Of a stretch of DNA of 64,000 nucleotides, positions 19,288 through 30,703 are shown piece by piece (position 1 is the stretch's first letter; the number at the start of each line of letters is the position of its first letter). A program made the translations under genes and the position numbers. The stretch covers positions 30,499 to 94,498 of the forward strand of contig JBBIIG010000011.1 of assembly GCA_037446635.1 (NCBI GenBank). Reading direction: 5' to 3'. The notes beneath the pieces were generated by a model. The model searched no databases. It was given only the letters and a program-made list of their open reading frames with translations, and was not told the origin of the DNA. Origin of the DNA: a bacterium. GTDB lineage: Bacteria; Zhuqueibacterota; Zhuqueibacteria; Oceanimicrobiales; Oceanimicrobiaceae.

Positions 19288-21936
19288 ATGCTGCGAACTA
19301 CTGAACACCAACGGCTCGCCGACTCCGAAGCCCGCGTCGCCGATTGGAAAAACTGGGGACCGTATTTAGCCGAACGCGCCTGGGGTACGGTGCGCGAAGA
19401 TTACAGCGCCGACGGCGCGGCCTGGGATTATTTCCCGCATGAACACGCCCGCAGCCGGGCGTACCGCTGGAACGAGGACGGCCTCGGCGGATTTTGCAAT
19501 CGTTTTCAAAATATTTGTATGGCAGTGGCGCTTTGGAACGAACGCGATCCAATATTAAAAGAGCGGCTGTTCGGACTCAGCGGCCCGCAGGGCAACCACG
19601 GCGAGGACGTCAAAGAATATTATTTTTATCTCGATGGCACGCCGACGCATTCCTACATGAAAATGCTCTACAAGTATCCACAGGTGGAATTTCCATACGC
19701 TGAGTTAATTGCAGAAAACCGCCGCCGCGGCCGCGATGCCGACGAGTTCGAGCTGTTCGACGCCCTGCACAGGGCTTTCGAGCAAAACCGCTACTTTGAT
19801 ATTTTTATCGAATACGCCAAAGCCGATGAGGAAGATATTCTGTGCCGCATCACCGCGGTGAATCGTGGCCCCGAGCCGGCACCGATTTATGTTCTGCCCC
19901 AGCTTTGGTTTCGCAACACCTGGTCGTGGGGCTACCGTCTCGAGCGTCCGCAACTGCGCCGCGACGGCGACGCGGTGCTGGCCGAGCATCGCCACCTCGG
20001 CAAACGTTTCTGGTACGCGGGTTCGGAAAATCAAACGCCGGAATTTCTTTTCACCGAAAACGAAACCAACTTTGAACGTTTGTACGGCGTCGCCAATTCA
20101 TCTCCGTTTGTGAAAGACAGCATCCACGACGCCGTGGTGCAGCGACAAAATCAGCTGGTTAATCCCGAACAGCGCGGCACCAAAGTCGCCGCAAAATTTT
20201 TTGATCGCGTCCCGGCTGGAGAAAACTTCGTCGTGAAAGTTCGATTCGCCGATTCAAAAAAAGAAAACCCGTTTGCGGATTTCGACGACGTCTTCGATCA
20301 GCGCATCGGTGAAGCCGATGAATTTTACGCCGCGGTTCAAAATCCTAAATTAAGCGCGGACGAAAAGCTTGTGCAGCGCCAGGCGTTTGCCGGACTTTTG
20401 TGGAGCAAACAGTTTTATCACTACGGCGTGCAAATGTGGCTCGACGGCGACCCGGGCCAGCCCCCGCCGCCGGCTTCACGCAAAAATGGCCGCAACAAAG
20501 ATTGGACGCATCTCTACACCCTCGATGTGCTTTCGATGCCGGACAAGTGGGAGTACCCGTGGTTTGCGGCGTGGGATTTAGCGTTTCACTGTTTGCCGCT
20601 GGCGCTGGTGGATGCGGAGTGGGCGAAGCGCCAGCTCACTCTGCTTTTGCGCGAGTGGTACATGCATCCCAACGGACAGATTCCGGCGTATGAGTGGGCC
20701 TTCGGCGACGTCAATCCGCCGGTGCATGCCTGGGCCGTGTGGCGGGTTTATAAAATCACCCGCAACCTCACGGGCAAGGCCGACAGCCATTTTCTCGAAA
20801 GCGCGTTTCACAAACTACTGCTCAATTTCACCTGGTGGGTGAATCGCAAAGATGCTGACGGTAAAAATATTTTTCAGGGCGGATTTTTGGGACTCGACAA
20901 CATCGGCGTGTTTGACCGCAGCGCGCCGCTGCCCACCGGCGGCCACCTCGAACAGGCCGATAGCACCGCCTGGATGGGCATGTACTGCCTCAACATGCTG
21001 GCGATAGCGCTGGAGTTGGCGCGCACCAATCCAGCTTACGAAGACGTGGCGACGAAATTTTTCGAGCACTTCATTTACATTGCCCACGCCATCAATCACC
21101 TCGGCGATGGCATGAGTTTGTGGGATCCCGAAGATCACTTTTTTTACGACGCCCTGCACACGCCCAACCACCCGCCGATTCGCTTAAAAGTGCGCTCGCT
21201 GGTAGGGCTGATCCCGTTATTTGCGGTGGAAACCATTGAGCCGGACGTGCTGGAACGTCTGCCGCGCTTTCGCCGGCGCATGGAGTGGTTCATCCAATAT
21301 CGGCCACAACTGGTGGCGGGTATCGCTTCGCTCACCGAGCCCGGCGAAAGCCAGCGCCGCCTGCTTTCCATTGTCAATCGCGAGCAGTTGCAACAAATTT
21401 TGCCGCGCATGCTGGACCCGATGCAGTTTCTTTCGGAGTACGGGCTGCGCTCGCTGTCGTGGCAGCATCTCCACGAGCCGTACACCTTTCGCGTCGACGG
21501 CGAAGTTTACACCGTGAGTTACGAACCCGCAGAGTCGCGCAGCGGATTGTTTGGCGGCAACTCCAACTGGCGGGGACCGATTTGGTTTCCGCTCAATTTT
21601 TTGATGATCGAATCGCTGCAGAAATATTATCACTACTACGGCGACGCCCTGAAAGCGGAGATGCCGCGTTACTCCGGCCAGCAGCGCACGCTCGATGAAA
21701 TCGCAACGGAGTTATCGCGGCGGTTGGTGAAGATTTTTCTGAGAGATGAAAAAAACAGCGGCCGACGGCCGGTGTTTGGAGAGAATTCCTATTTTCAAAC
21801 CGATCCGCACTGGCGGGATTGCATTCCGTTTTACGAATATTTTCACGGCGACAGCGGCGCCGGCCTCGGCGCCAGCCACCAAACCGGCTGGACCGCGCTA
21901 GTGGTGAAGCTCTTGCAGCAAAGCGGAGGTAAGTGA
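19288..21936 (+). CDS. MGH1/GH63-like glycoside hydrolase (glucosidase)
   Basis: [57 protein letters not shown]; start ATG 19288. Confidence 0.9.
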   Translation: MLRTTEHQRLADSEARVADWKNWGPYLAERAWGTVREDYSADGAAWDYFPHEHARSRAYRWNEDGLGGFCNRFQNICMAVALWNERDPILKERLFGLSGPQGNHGEDVKEYYFYLDGTPTHSYMKMLYKYPQVEFPYAELIAENRRRGRDADEFELFDALHRAFEQNRYFDIFIEYAKADEEDILCRITAVNRGPEPAPIYVLPQLWFRNTWSWGYRLERPQLRRDGDAVLAEHRHLGKRFWYAGSENQTPEFLFTENETNFERLYGVANSSPFVKDSIHDAVVQRQNQLVNPEQRGTKVAAKFFDRVPAGENFVVKVRFADSKKENPFADFDDVFDQRIGEADEFYAAVQNPKLSADEKLVQRQAFAGLLWSKQFYHYGVQMWLDGDPGQPPPPASRKNGRNKDWTHLYTLDVLSMPDKWEYPWFAAWDLAFHCLPLALVDAEWAKRQLTLLLREWYMHPNGQIPAYEWAFGDVNPPVHAWAVWRVYKITRNLTGKADSHFLESAFHKLLLNFTWWVNRKDADGKNIFQGGFLGLDNIGVFDRSAPLPTGGHLEQADSTAWMGMYCLNMLAIALELARTNPAYEDVATKFFEHFIYIAHAINHLGDGMSLWDPEDHFFYDALHTPNHPPIRLKVRSLVGLIPLFAVETIEPDVLERLPRFRRRMEWFIQYRPQLVAGIASLTEPGESQRRLLSIVNREQLQQILPRMLDPMQFLSEYGLRSLSWQHLHEPYTFRVDGEVYTVSYEPAESRSGLFGGNSNWRGPIWFPLNFLMIESLQKYYHYYGDALKAEMPRYSGQQRTLDEIATELSRRLVKIFLRDEKNSGRRPVFGENSYFQTDPHWRDCIPFYEYFHGDSGAGLGASHQTGWTALVVKLLQQSGGK

Positions 21937-22005
21937 ACTGCAAGAGATGGCGACAGGAGTGTCGGCTATCCGCAGGAATACAAGTTAGCAACGATCATCT
22001 GACGA

Positions 22006-22368
22006 TTACTCCTCCCGGTGCACCGTCTCCATCGAAAATGCCGGCAGGCACACCGCGATGTACTCCGCGCCTTCCGGGCCGGGGGTGCTGTATTGCACCC
22101 ACTCTCCTTCCTGCACGATCACCGCTTCGCCGGCGTTGACATCAAAAATCAGATCCTTTGAAGTCACTCGCAGCATCCCCTTCAAAACTACTGTGTACTC
22201 ATCGAACTCCGGCGTTTGTCCGGGTTCAATCCAGCCGCTGGGACTTTTCATGCGGGCAATGCTCACTCGCAGAGTGCCGGTGTTTTCGCGCCCGATGAAT
22301 TCTTCGATCAATTTGGGCTGGTTGCCCGCCGCCTGAATGATCGCCGGCGCGTTGATCTTGATTGGCAT
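22006..22368 (-). CDS. Cupin domain protein (EutQ-like)
   Basis: GWIEPGQTPEFDEYTVVLKG...WVQYSTP; start ATG 22368 after GGAGG. Confidence 0.85.
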   Translation of the reverse strand: MPIKINAPAIIQAAGNQPKLIEEFIGRENTGTLRVSIARMKSPSGWIEPGQTPEFDEYTVVLKGMLRVTSKDLIFDVNAGEAVIVQEGEWVQYSTPGPEGAEYIAVCLPAFSMETVHREE

Positions 22369-22602
22369 AGAATCCCTCCAGTTTTTGTATTCATAAAAAG
22401 ACGAATTTGTTGTAAATATATTCCTCAAAAACCAATTGAGACAAGATTTTCTTTGGCGATGTTCTATTTCCTCAGCGTTCATCTGCGAAATCTGCTCTAC
22501 GAATTTTTGACTCATCGCTGTCCGAGAATCATGTTGCTTTTTGAGCGCGATTCGATTACTTTTTAACCCGAGGTCGGTCATTAGTTAGCAGGAGATATAA
22601 TC

Positions 22603-22830
22603 ATGCCAACAACCGAACAAGTGCCGCTGTCTCAGTTAGAAAAAATGCTGCGCAAACTCAATCTGCCGGGCGATACCCGAGTGACAGTGAGATTTGATGA
22701 TGATGAAGCCGCTGAAAAAGTTCTAAAGCGGAAAAGAGCATTAGAAGCCATGAAAAAGCTGAGAGGCTCTGGAAATGGAAGGCTACTCGAAACCCTGCTC
22801 AAAGAACGTGAGAAGGATAAATCGCGGTGA
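22603..22830 (+). CDS. Probable antitoxin upstream of a PIN toxin
   Basis: 75 aa, AGGAG RBS, LRGS...LLKERE tail, GTGA overlap with the PIN gene. Confidence 0.65.
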   Translation: MPTTEQVPLSQLEKMLRKLNLPGDTRVTVRFDDDEAAEKVLKRKRALEAMKKLRGSGNGRLLETLLKEREKDKSR

Positions 22831-23251
22831 AAAAATACGTGCTGGATACATCAGCGCTTTTTGCCTACATTGAGAATGAAGATGGAGTTGAACAAGTCGA
22901 GTCTCTTTTTGAGCAAGCGATCAATGAAAAGATAGAACTCTATGTTTCAGAAGTTGCAGTCATTGAAGTCTTTTATGTTTCATTGAGCGAACAAGGTGAG
23001 AAAATTGCAAATGAACGCTGGCGGCTGATAAATGACTTGCAACTCAACCGTGAGCCGCTTGACGATAGATGACAAAGATTGTTGGACGAATCAAATCCAA
23101 CTATGTAATGTCATTCGCCGATTGTTGCATAGCAGGTTTAGCAAAATTAAAGAAAGCAACACTCGTCCATAAAGATCCGGAATTCGAGCAGATCGAAAAA
23201 GAAATTAAACAGTTAAAATTACCTTATAAACAAAAGACGCGGGTTAGTTAA
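22827..23251 (+). pseudogene. vapC: VapC/PIN-domain toxin split by a frameshift near 23068
   Basis: YVLDTSAL...EVFY in 22827-23072 and SFADC..A...LVHKDPEF in 23069-23251 together make one PIN domain. Confidence 0.8.
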
Positions 23252-23258
23252 AAATTAA

Positions 23259-24581
23259 ATGACCCTCTTCGACCAACAAGCCAAAGAAGACTTGGCCAAA
23301 TCGACACCGCTGGCCGACCGCCTGCGCCCGAAAGCGCTGGCGGAGTTTGTAGGCCAGCAGCATCTCGTTGGCGAAGGCAAAATTCTGCGGCGCGCCATCG
23401 AGAACGATGAGTTGGTGTCGATGATTTTTTGGGGACCGCCGGGCGTGGGCAAAACCACGCTGGCGCAAATTATCGCGCACGAAACCAGGTCGGATTTTTT
23501 TACGCTGAACGCCGTCTCTTCCGGCGTTGCGGAAGTTCGGAAGGTTTTAGAGAAAGCCGCCGTCAATCGCAAGCTGGCCAAGCGCACAATTCTGTTCATC
23601 GACGAAATTCACCGCTTCAACAAAGCCCAGCAGGACGCGCTGCTGCACGCGGTGGAAGACGGCACCGTGCTGCTCATCGGCGCGACGACGGAGAATCCTT
23701 CGTTCGAAGTTATTTCGGCGCTGCTGTCGCGCTGCCGGGTGTATCAACTTTTCTCATTTTCGGAAGAAGAGCTAGCGGCGGTGATCGAGCGCGCGCTCAT
23801 TGCCGATGAAATTTTGCAAAAAGAAAACGTCTTTTTGGAAGATGCGGCGAGAAAAAGCCTCATTCATCTTTCCGGCGGCGACGCCCGCGTGGCGCTCAAT
23901 GCGCTGGAACTGGCGGTGAAGTTAGCGCCCCAATCCGCGGACGGCCAGAAGCGCATCGACGTAAAATTGGTGCAGGAGGCAATGCAGCGCAAGACGCCGA
24001 TTTACGACAAGAAAGGCGACGCTCACTACGACACCATTTCCGCGTTCATCAAAAGCGTGCGCGGCTCGGATCCCAACGGCGCGCTGCACTGGCTGGCGCG
24101 CATGATCGACGCCGGCGAGGATCCGAAATTCATCGCGCGGCGGCTGATCATTCTCGCTTCCGAAGACATTGGCAACGCCGACCCGCAGGCGCTGGTGCTG
24201 GCGACCGCGGCGTTCACCGCGGTGACGTATATTGGAATGCCGGAAGGCGCGCTGGTGTTGGCGCAGGCCACCACCTACCTCGCCTCCGCGCCCAAAAGCA
24301 ACGCCTCGTACAAAGCGATTGCTGCCGCTTTGGACGATGTGCGCGGCCAGCCGCTGGAGCCGGTGCCGCTGCATCTTCGCAACGCGCCCACGCCGCTCAT
24401 GAAAAACATCGGCTACTCCGACGGCTACCTCTATCCCCACGATTACGATCAGAATTTTGTCCAACAGGATTATTTGCCCGCGGGTTTGAAAGAGCGCGTG
24501 TATTATCAACCCACAGAAAATGGATTTGAGAAAAATTTTAAGGAACGGCTGGCGCGATTGTGGGCGAAGTACAAGAAGTAA
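23259..24581 (+). CDS. rarA: Replication-associated recombination protein A (RarA/MgsA)
   Basis: PLADRLRP, WGPPGVGKTT, FIDEIHRFNKAQQD, GATTENP, SAFIKSVRGSD, ASEDIGNADP. Confidence 0.96.
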   Translation: MTLFDQQAKEDLAKSTPLADRLRPKALAEFVGQQHLVGEGKILRRAIENDELVSMIFWGPPGVGKTTLAQIIAHETRSDFFTLNAVSSGVAEVRKVLEKAAVNRKLAKRTILFIDEIHRFNKAQQDALLHAVEDGTVLLIGATTENPSFEVISALLSRCRVYQLFSFSEEELAAVIERALIADEILQKENVFLEDAARKSLIHLSGGDARVALNALELAVKLAPQSADGQKRIDVKLVQEAMQRKTPIYDKKGDAHYDTISAFIKSVRGSDPNGALHWLARMIDAGEDPKFIARRLIILASEDIGNADPQALVLATAAFTAVTYIGMPEGALVLAQATTYLASAPKSNASYKAIAAALDDVRGQPLEPVPLHLRNAPTPLMKNIGYSDGYLYPHDYDQNFVQQDYLPAGLKERVYYQPTENGFEKNFKERLARLWAKYKK

Positions 24582-24606
24582 CACAACATTAATGTTGTGT
24601 TACGAG

Positions 24607-27228
24607 ATGTTCAATATGCAAACGATTCGATTAGTTTTAATTGCATCTGCCGCCATCGGTTTTTGGATTATCGCCGGCAAGGCATCCCCGCAGGATTCGA
24701 CGTTCACCCAAACAGCAGCGCCACCAATTAATGTTTCGCGTGACACGACTCAAAGCGACATCCAACCCGCGAAAGTCGGCATCGACACCTCTGTCGCCTA
24801 TTCCGCGCGCATCGTGGACACCTTCAAAGATCGCAACGAGACTCACCTCATCGGCGACGCCACGTTGAAATACAAAAACATCACCATCACTGCCGGCAAG
24901 ATCACCGTGAAGTGGAACGAGAACACGCTGATCGCCGAAACGCTGCCGGACAGCACGAACGGCCGGAACGCCAACGACGCGGATAGTCTTTCCACCCGCG
25001 CGAATGGCCGACCTGTATTCACCGATGGCAAAGAGGAAATGACCGGCGATCGCATGGAGTACAATTTCAAAACCGACCGCGGGCGGATTTTGCGCGGCCG
25101 CACTCAATTTCAAGACGGCTACTACACCGGCGAAACCGTCAAGCGGGTGGAGGCCAAAGAATTCAACGTTGTCAACGGCCGCTACACCACTTGCGATCGC
25201 GAAGAGCCGCACTTCCATTTTAAGGGAGATAAAATGAAAGTGATCATGGGCGACAAAGTGGTGGCCAAGCCGGTGACCTTTTTCATCGGCAAAATTCCGC
25301 TGGCGATTTTGCCGTTCGCGATGTTTTCCACGAAGGAGGATGGCCGGCAGTCGGGCGTTATCATTCCGCGGTTTGGAACCAGCCCGGATGAAGGGCGGTA
25401 TTTGCAGGATTTGGGTTACTACTGGGCTGCGAACGATTACTTCGACGCCCGCGCTACACTGTCTTTTTTCGAAAAGACCGGCGTGCTGGTGAAGGGCGGC
25501 GTCAATTATGCGCTGCGCTATCATTTCACCGGTTCGGTTAGCGGTTCGTTCACCCGCAAAAATTTTGGCGCCACCAGCCAGCGCCGCTGGAACCTCGAGG
25601 TTCGGCATTCCCAGCAATTCAATCCCAACACCAGCCTCAACGTCAGCGCCAGTTTCGTGAACAATCGCAATTTCTATAGAGACTTGAGCGACAACCGCAA
25701 TGAACGCCTCAACCGCCAGCTTGTCTCCAACGGCACCTTTTCCACGCGCTGGGGCGAAGGCAAAAACAGTTTTTCCATCAACCTCTCGCAAACCAAAGAT
25801 TTGGAAACCGGGCGCGAATTGATCACGCTGCCGCGGGCGAACTTCACCCGCAGCCAGAGCGCGCTTTTTCCGTTCGATGAAAAGAAAGCGCAGCGCACGA
25901 AAGCCAAGCAGAAGTGGTATAATTTCATCCGCTACAGCTACGGCAACCTGCTGGTTAACTCGACCAGTAGAGACAGCACCAACGACGCGAAAACCGATGT
26001 CGAGCGCCGGATGGAACACGATTTGGCGCTGTCGTTTACGGCGCCGGGACGTATCTTCGGGTTTCTCACTTTCGGCCAGAATTTTAGTTTCGAGGAAGAT
26101 TGGTTCGATCGCACGCGCACCTTCAGTCTGGTGGATTCCAGTAACGCCATTGTTTTCAGAGAAGAAAAGGGGTTCGCCGCCCGGCACTTATTTCAATACA
26201 GCGTATCGGCCAGCACCAAACTCTACGGGACGTTTAATACGCGTGTGGGCCCGGTGCGCGGCCTACGCCACGTGGCCACGCCTTCGATTTCTTTCGCGTA
26301 TCAACCGGATTTTTCTAATTCTTCCTGGGGTTATTACGAAACCGTTGTCGATACTTCCGGGCGCGAAATCAAACGGGATCGTTTTGAGGGCAGCGGCGCC
26401 AAACGTACTCCCATGGGCGAATTGAACAACTTGAGCTTTTCCTTGAGCAATCTGTTTCAGATGAAATTGGGTCAGGGCGACAAAGAGAGGAAAATTGATC
26501 TGTTCAATCTCGATTTTCGCGGCGGCTACAACTTTGCGGCGGACAGTTTCAAGGTGGCGAATTTGTCCACTAACTTTCGCGCCAATCCTAAAAAGGATCT
26601 CTCCGTCAGCATGAATTTGAGCCACAGTTTTTATGATTTTGATCCCGCTACCGGCCGCCTGCGCAATCGGCTGCTGATAAAAGAAAACGGCTTTTTCAAT
26701 GCGCTGCGGCTGCTGCAATTTAACTTCGACGCCCGTTGGAGCCTGCGCGGGAAAAGCGCCGCGGCGCAGCCGCCCGCCGGCGCGGCGCAGCCTCAAGGCG
26801 CGGAATCCCCAGGGCCAGCGGGCGCGCAGCCCGAAACCGGTTATCGCGATCCGCTGGCGCCGGAGAGGGCTTTCACGGCGTTGGATGTCCCCTGGAGCGC
26901 CAACATTGGGTTTTCGTACAGCGTCAACAAATTCAATCCCTTGAACACCACCCGTTCCGCCTACCTCGATCTCAGCAACGTGGAAGTGCAGCTCACCAAA
27001 AATTGGCGCGTGAGCTACAATCTGCGCTACGATATTGAGGGCGGCGAGGTGGCGGACCAGCGTATTGCGCTTTACCGTGATCTGCACTGCTGGGAGGCGC
27101 AGTTCAGTTGGAACCCCTCGGGTATTGGGCAGGGGTTTTATTTTAAAATTGGCATCAAAGCGCCGCACTTGCAGGATATTAAGATCGAGCAGCGCGGCGG
27201 GACGACATCGGTGTTCCGGCCGTTTTGA
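24607..27228 (+). CDS. lptD: Putative LPS assembly protein LptD
   Basis: Signal peptide, OstA-like N-domain (YTTCD..PHF), LGYYWA.NDY.D, large beta-barrel, RDLHCW near the C-terminus; start 24607 or 24616. Confidence 0.85.
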   Translation: MFNMQTIRLVLIASAAIGFWIIAGKASPQDSTFTQTAAPPINVSRDTTQSDIQPAKVGIDTSVAYSARIVDTFKDRNETHLIGDATLKYKNITITAGKITVKWNENTLIAETLPDSTNGRNANDADSLSTRANGRPVFTDGKEEMTGDRMEYNFKTDRGRILRGRTQFQDGYYTGETVKRVEAKEFNVVNGRYTTCDREEPHFHFKGDKMKVIMGDKVVAKPVTFFIGKIPLAILPFAMFSTKEDGRQSGVIIPRFGTSPDEGRYLQDLGYYWAANDYFDARATLSFFEKTGVLVKGGVNYALRYHFTGSVSGSFTRKNFGATSQRRWNLEVRHSQQFNPNTSLNVSASFVNNRNFYRDLSDNRNERLNRQLVSNGTFSTRWGEGKNSFSINLSQTKDLETGRELITLPRANFTRSQSALFPFDEKKAQRTKAKQKWYNFIRYSYGNLLVNSTSRDSTNDAKTDVERRMEHDLALSFTAPGRIFGFLTFGQNFSFEEDWFDRTRTFSLVDSSNAIVFREEKGFAARHLFQYSVSASTKLYGTFNTRVGPVRGLRHVATPSISFAYQPDFSNSSWGYYETVVDTSGREIKRDRFEGSGAKRTPMGELNNLSFSLSNLFQMKLGQGDKERKIDLFNLDFRGGYNFAADSFKVANLSTNFRANPKKDLSVSMNLSHSFYDFDPATGRLRNRLLIKENGFFNALRLLQFNFDARWSLRGKSAAAQPPAGAAQPQGAESPGPAGAQPETGYRDPLAPERAFTALDVPWSANIGFSYSVNKFNPLNTTRSAYLDLSNVEVQLTKNWRVSYNLRYDIEGGEVADQRIALYRDLHCWEAQFSWNPSGIGQGFYFKIGIKAPHLQDIKIEQRGGTTSVFRPF

Positions 27229-27242
27229 AGTTTTGAAATTCG

Positions 27243-27533
27243 TTAGAAATGTCTCGGGAAATCCATAGAATCATGCAAGACTCTTATGATCTCGATGCCT
27301 TCGGAAGTAGGACGGTAGAAGATGACGTGCCGGCCGTCGTGATAGCTATAAGGTGAGCCAATGATTTCGTCGCGTTTTTTTCCACTCTGTGGTTGTTTAG
27401 CCAGGTAGGAGAATCTATCTTTAAGCTGCTTTAAGTAGTTGAAGCGTTGTTCCCGGCCCCATTGTTGGTCCGTGTAACGGCTGATGTCTCGTAAATCGTC
27501 CAGAGCTTTGGGAGTGATCTTGACTTTTTTCAT
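27243..27533 (-). CDS. parE: ParE/RelE family toxin
   Basis: ITPKALDDL.DI..YT..QWG.EQ, HVIFYR, IIRVLHDSMD. Confidence 0.9.
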   Translation of the reverse strand: MKKVKITPKALDDLRDISRYTDQQWGREQRFNYLKQLKDRFSYLAKQPQSGKKRDEIIGSPYSYHDGRHVIFYRPTSEGIEIIRVLHDSMDFPRHF

Positions 27534-27790
27534 TACTTCGCAGTTGTGTACCCTAACTCCTGATCAACTTCTTGCATTAGATCATCAAAATCAAACTCTA
27601 TAAATTGCCCGTTATTCGCTTGCTCAAGGCCAATGGCAATTTCTTGATTCAACGCCTCGAGTTTCTTTTTGTAATAATTTCCATACCTTAAAACGATATC
27701 TGAGATAAATGCATCAGCGTCCGCATAAATTCCGGACTCTACTTGGTTTTTTACAATTTCTGCGGCTTTTTCAGATAGTTGTATTTTCAT
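27533..27790 (-). CDS. parD: ParD-like (CC2985-type) antitoxin
   Basis: QVESGIY, KLEAL.QEIAIGLEQ; coupled upstream of the ParE gene. Confidence 0.8.
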   Translation of the reverse strand: MKIQLSEKAAEIVKNQVESGIYADADAFISDIVLRYGNYYKKKLEALNQEIAIGLEQANNGQFIEFDFDDLMQEVDQELGYTTAK

Positions 27791-27869
27791 CGTACGTTCC
27801 TTTTTCTGTCGCTCTCAATTAAATAAATCCTAAAAATTATGCAAGCCATTTTTTGTGATATTTAGTTTG

Positions 27870-27911
27870 CAGCAACGCGGCGGCACGACGTCGGTATTCC
27901 GGCCGTTTTAG
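27870..27911 (+). repeat. Second copy of the lptD 3' end (direct repeat of 27187-27228)
   Basis: Reads QQRGGTTSVFRPF* versus EQRGGTTSVFRPF* in the gene. Confidence 0.9.
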
Positions 27912-28030
27912 GTTGTAATTCGTAAGCGCTTTGTAAATAAGGGCTTTCCTGCTCGCAACTTTTGCTTGCATTTACCTTGTCAAAATCTTATATTCACACG
28001 ACTTGACGAATATCTTTACAGGGAAGCGAA

Positions 28031-28798
28031 ATGTCCAGACGGATTATCACGATTGCGAACCAAAAAGGAGGAGTGGGGAAGACCACCACCGCCGTCAATC
28101 TTTCGGCGTGCCTGGCGGTGGCGGAGCACCCGACGCTTTTGATTGACATCGACCCGCAGGCCAACTCCACCAGCGGCCTCGGCTTGAATCCCAAAAACAT
28201 CCAAAAAAGCATCTATGAAGTCGTCATTGAAAATCTCGATATTGAGAGCGCCATCACCAAAACCAGTTTGGATTATTTAGACGTTCTGCCGTCGGCCACC
28301 CGGCTGGCCGGGGCGGAGATCGAGTTGGTGAACACTATGTCGCGCGAACGCGTGCTTACCGGCGCTTTGCAGGGACTGAAAAGAAAATACGATTACATTT
28401 TCATCGACTGTCCGCCGTCGCTGGGGCTGCTGACCATCAACGCCCTCACCGCCGCCAATTCCGTGCTCATCCCCATTCAATGCGAATATTATGCGCTGGA
28501 GGGGCTGGGGCAATTGCTCAACACCATCCGCCTGGTGCAAAAAAATCTGAATCCGAAATTAGTCATCGAAGGCGTGCTGCTGACGATGTACGACGGCCGG
28601 CTCAATCTTTCGAAACAGGTGGCCGACGAGGTCAAAAAATATTTCGAAGACAGAGTTTTCAAAACCATCATCGATCGCAACGTGCGGCTGAGCGAAGCCC
28701 CCAGTTACGGCAAACCGATCATCCTCTACGACGCCATCTCCAAGGGTTCGGAAAACTATATGAACTTAGCTGAGGAAATCTTAAGCAATGGCCGTTAA
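28031..28798 (+). CDS. parA: Chromosome partitioning ATPase ParA/Soj
   Basis: [47 protein letters not shown]. Confidence 0.97.
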   Translation: MSRRIITIANQKGGVGKTTTAVNLSACLAVAEHPTLLIDIDPQANSTSGLGLNPKNIQKSIYEVVIENLDIESAITKTSLDYLDVLPSATRLAGAEIELVNTMSRERVLTGALQGLKRKYDYIFIDCPPSLGLLTINALTAANSVLIPIQCEYYALEGLGQLLNTIRLVQKNLNPKLVIEGVLLTMYDGRLNLSKQVADEVKKYFEDRVFKTIIDRNVRLSEAPSYGKPIILYDAISKGSENYMNLAEEILSNGR

Positions 28799-29663
28799 GC
28801 GGTTGGGCAAAGGCTTAGGAGCCCTCATCCCTGATTTTTCCGAGACCGATGTTCAGCAATCGGAGCGCCTGCGCGATATTGACGTCTCCAAAGTTACCCC
28901 GAACCCCTTCCAGCCCCGGGAAACCTTCGACCCCGTCGCCCTCGAGGAACTAAAACAATCGATCTCCGAAAACGGCGTCATCCAGCCCATCACCGTGCGC
29001 GAAGTGGATTCCGGCTACCAGCTCATTGCGGGCGAGCGCCGGCTGCGGGCGGTGCGCGATTTGGGATTGGATCGCATTCCGGCATACGTGCTGCAAGTGA
29101 ACACCGATGCCGAGATGATCGAGCTGTCGCTTATCGAAAATATCCAGCGGGAAAACCTCAACCCCATCGACGAGGCCAACGGTTACCAGACCCTCATCAC
29201 CAAGTGCCGGCTGACCCAGGACGAGGTAGCGAAAAAGGTCGGCAAAGACCGCTCGACCGTCACCAACTTTTTGCGGCTGCTGAAATTGCCGAAGATCATT
29301 CAGGACAGCCTGATTGCCGGCGACATCACCACGGGCCACGCCCGCGCGCTGCTGGGGCTTCCCAGCGCCGGCGAGCAGGTGACGCTGTGGAAGAAAACCG
29401 TCGCCAACAAATACTCCGTGCGCCAGGTAGAAAATCTGGTCAAAAAATTCACCGAAACTCCAACCAAGAAAAAGGAAACGCGCAAAGAAAGCAACCCCTT
29501 TGTGCGCGAAATCGAGGATAAAATAAGAAGCATTTTAGGAACGCAGGTCCGCATCCTCGAAAACAGCAAAGGCCGGGCTGGTAAAATCGAAATTGAATAT
29601 TACTCGAAGTCCGACTTAGAACGAATTCTGGAAATGCTCGAGCAGATTCAGGCAGAAATTTGA
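28788..29663 (+). CDS. parB: Chromosome partitioning protein ParB/Spo0J
   Basis: [48 protein letters not shown]. Confidence 0.97.
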   Translation: MAVKRLGKGLGALIPDFSETDVQQSERLRDIDVSKVTPNPFQPRETFDPVALEELKQSISENGVIQPITVREVDSGYQLIAGERRLRAVRDLGLDRIPAYVLQVNTDAEMIELSLIENIQRENLNPIDEANGYQTLITKCRLTQDEVAKKVGKDRSTVTNFLRLLKLPKIIQDSLIAGDITTGHARALLGLPSAGEQVTLWKKTVANKYSVRQVENLVKKFTETPTKKKETRKESNPFVREIEDKIRSILGTQVRILENSKGRAGKIEIEYYSKSDLERILEMLEQIQAEI

Positions 29664-29737
29664 GCCTTGCTTTTTGTGGAAATTATCTCTAAATTGCGCG
29701 CCGTTTCTTCACTTGTGATTTTTTTTCATATATATAG

Positions 29738-30673
29738 ATGAAATTTTCAAACTTGAAATACATGCAAAAACGAAGCGCCAAACGAATCTCCATCATGGTG
29801 GTGCCGGAGGACGACCGCGAGCCCGTCAGTTTTCGCCTGCGCACGAGCACCGTCAAACTTCTCTATGTCTTAGGCGCGATTTTGTTGGTGCACATCATCA
29901 TTGGCGCCATTTATTATTTTAAATACGCCAATCTGCTCGATTACAACCAGCAGATTCTGGCACACAACGGCCAGCTTCAGGAAGACAACAAGCGCGTCAA
30001 TACTCTGGCCAATCAACTTTCCATTTTAGAGCAAGAGTATAAAAAAGTTCGCAGCTTGCTGGGAGTGGACGGCGGCAGCGCCAGTAATACTCTGCACGCG
30101 CAAGCCAATAGCGCGGCAACCTATTCTGAGCCTTCTTTTCAAACGGACAATTTGCTGGCGCAGGTTGCAAACGAATTGGACAACAATTCCGGGTTGGATT
30201 TTTACGAAGCCCGCAACCGGGTTTTGGTCGCGAATAACCACCGCCGCCTGAATTTTTATCCCGAAAACATCCCCAGCCAGATGCCGGTGAAAGGCTTTCT
30301 TACATTGGATTTTCAAAAGGAGGCCTGGTTTTCGGCCAAGAGCCACTCCGGCATCGATATCGTCGCCAAAAAAGGCACCATCATTCGCGCCGCGGGCTCG
30401 GGGGTGGTGGTCTTCGCAAACTGGACAGTGGATTTAGGCAATTTGGTCATCATCGATCACGGCGGCGGCTTCCTCAGTTTTTACGGCCACAACCAGCGAA
30501 TTTTGGTGGCGGAAAAAAACCTGGTGAAAAAGGGCGATCCCATCTCGCTGCTGGGAACCTCCGGCAAAAGCTCCGGACCGCATCTTCATTTTGAAATTTG
30601 GCGGGACGGCGTTCCGGTCGATCCCAAAGAGTATGTTACCGATTTTAACGAAGGCGTCAACGCTAAATTCTAA
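29738..30673 (+). CDS. M23 family metallopeptidase with N-terminal TM and coiled coil
   Basis: HSGID, YGH, GPHLHFE motifs; alternative start at 29762. Confidence 0.92.
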   Translation: MKFSNLKYMQKRSAKRISIMVVPEDDREPVSFRLRTSTVKLLYVLGAILLVHIIIGAIYYFKYANLLDYNQQILAHNGQLQEDNKRVNTLANQLSILEQEYKKVRSLLGVDGGSASNTLHAQANSAATYSEPSFQTDNLLAQVANELDNNSGLDFYEARNRVLVANNHRRLNFYPENIPSQMPVKGFLTLDFQKEAWFSAKSHSGIDIVAKKGTIIRAAGSGVVVFANWTVDLGNLVIIDHGGGFLSFYGHNQRILVAEKNLVKKGDPISLLGTSGKSSGPHLHFEIWRDGVPVDPKEYVTDFNEGVNAKF

Positions 30674-30703
30674 CTGGCTTTTTAAACTTCCAAGGGCAAA
30701 CAC

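Noticed and set aside
23070..23072. Selenocysteine readthrough at the PIN gene TGA
   Set aside because: The continuation is in a different frame, and there is no Cys-equivalent position or SECIS
24732..24747. parS-like TGTTTCGCGTGACACG in lptD, and TTTCACGT half-sites in atp spacers
   Set aside because: Three mismatches to TGTTTCACGTGAAACA and not palindromic; the half-sites belong to heptamer repeats
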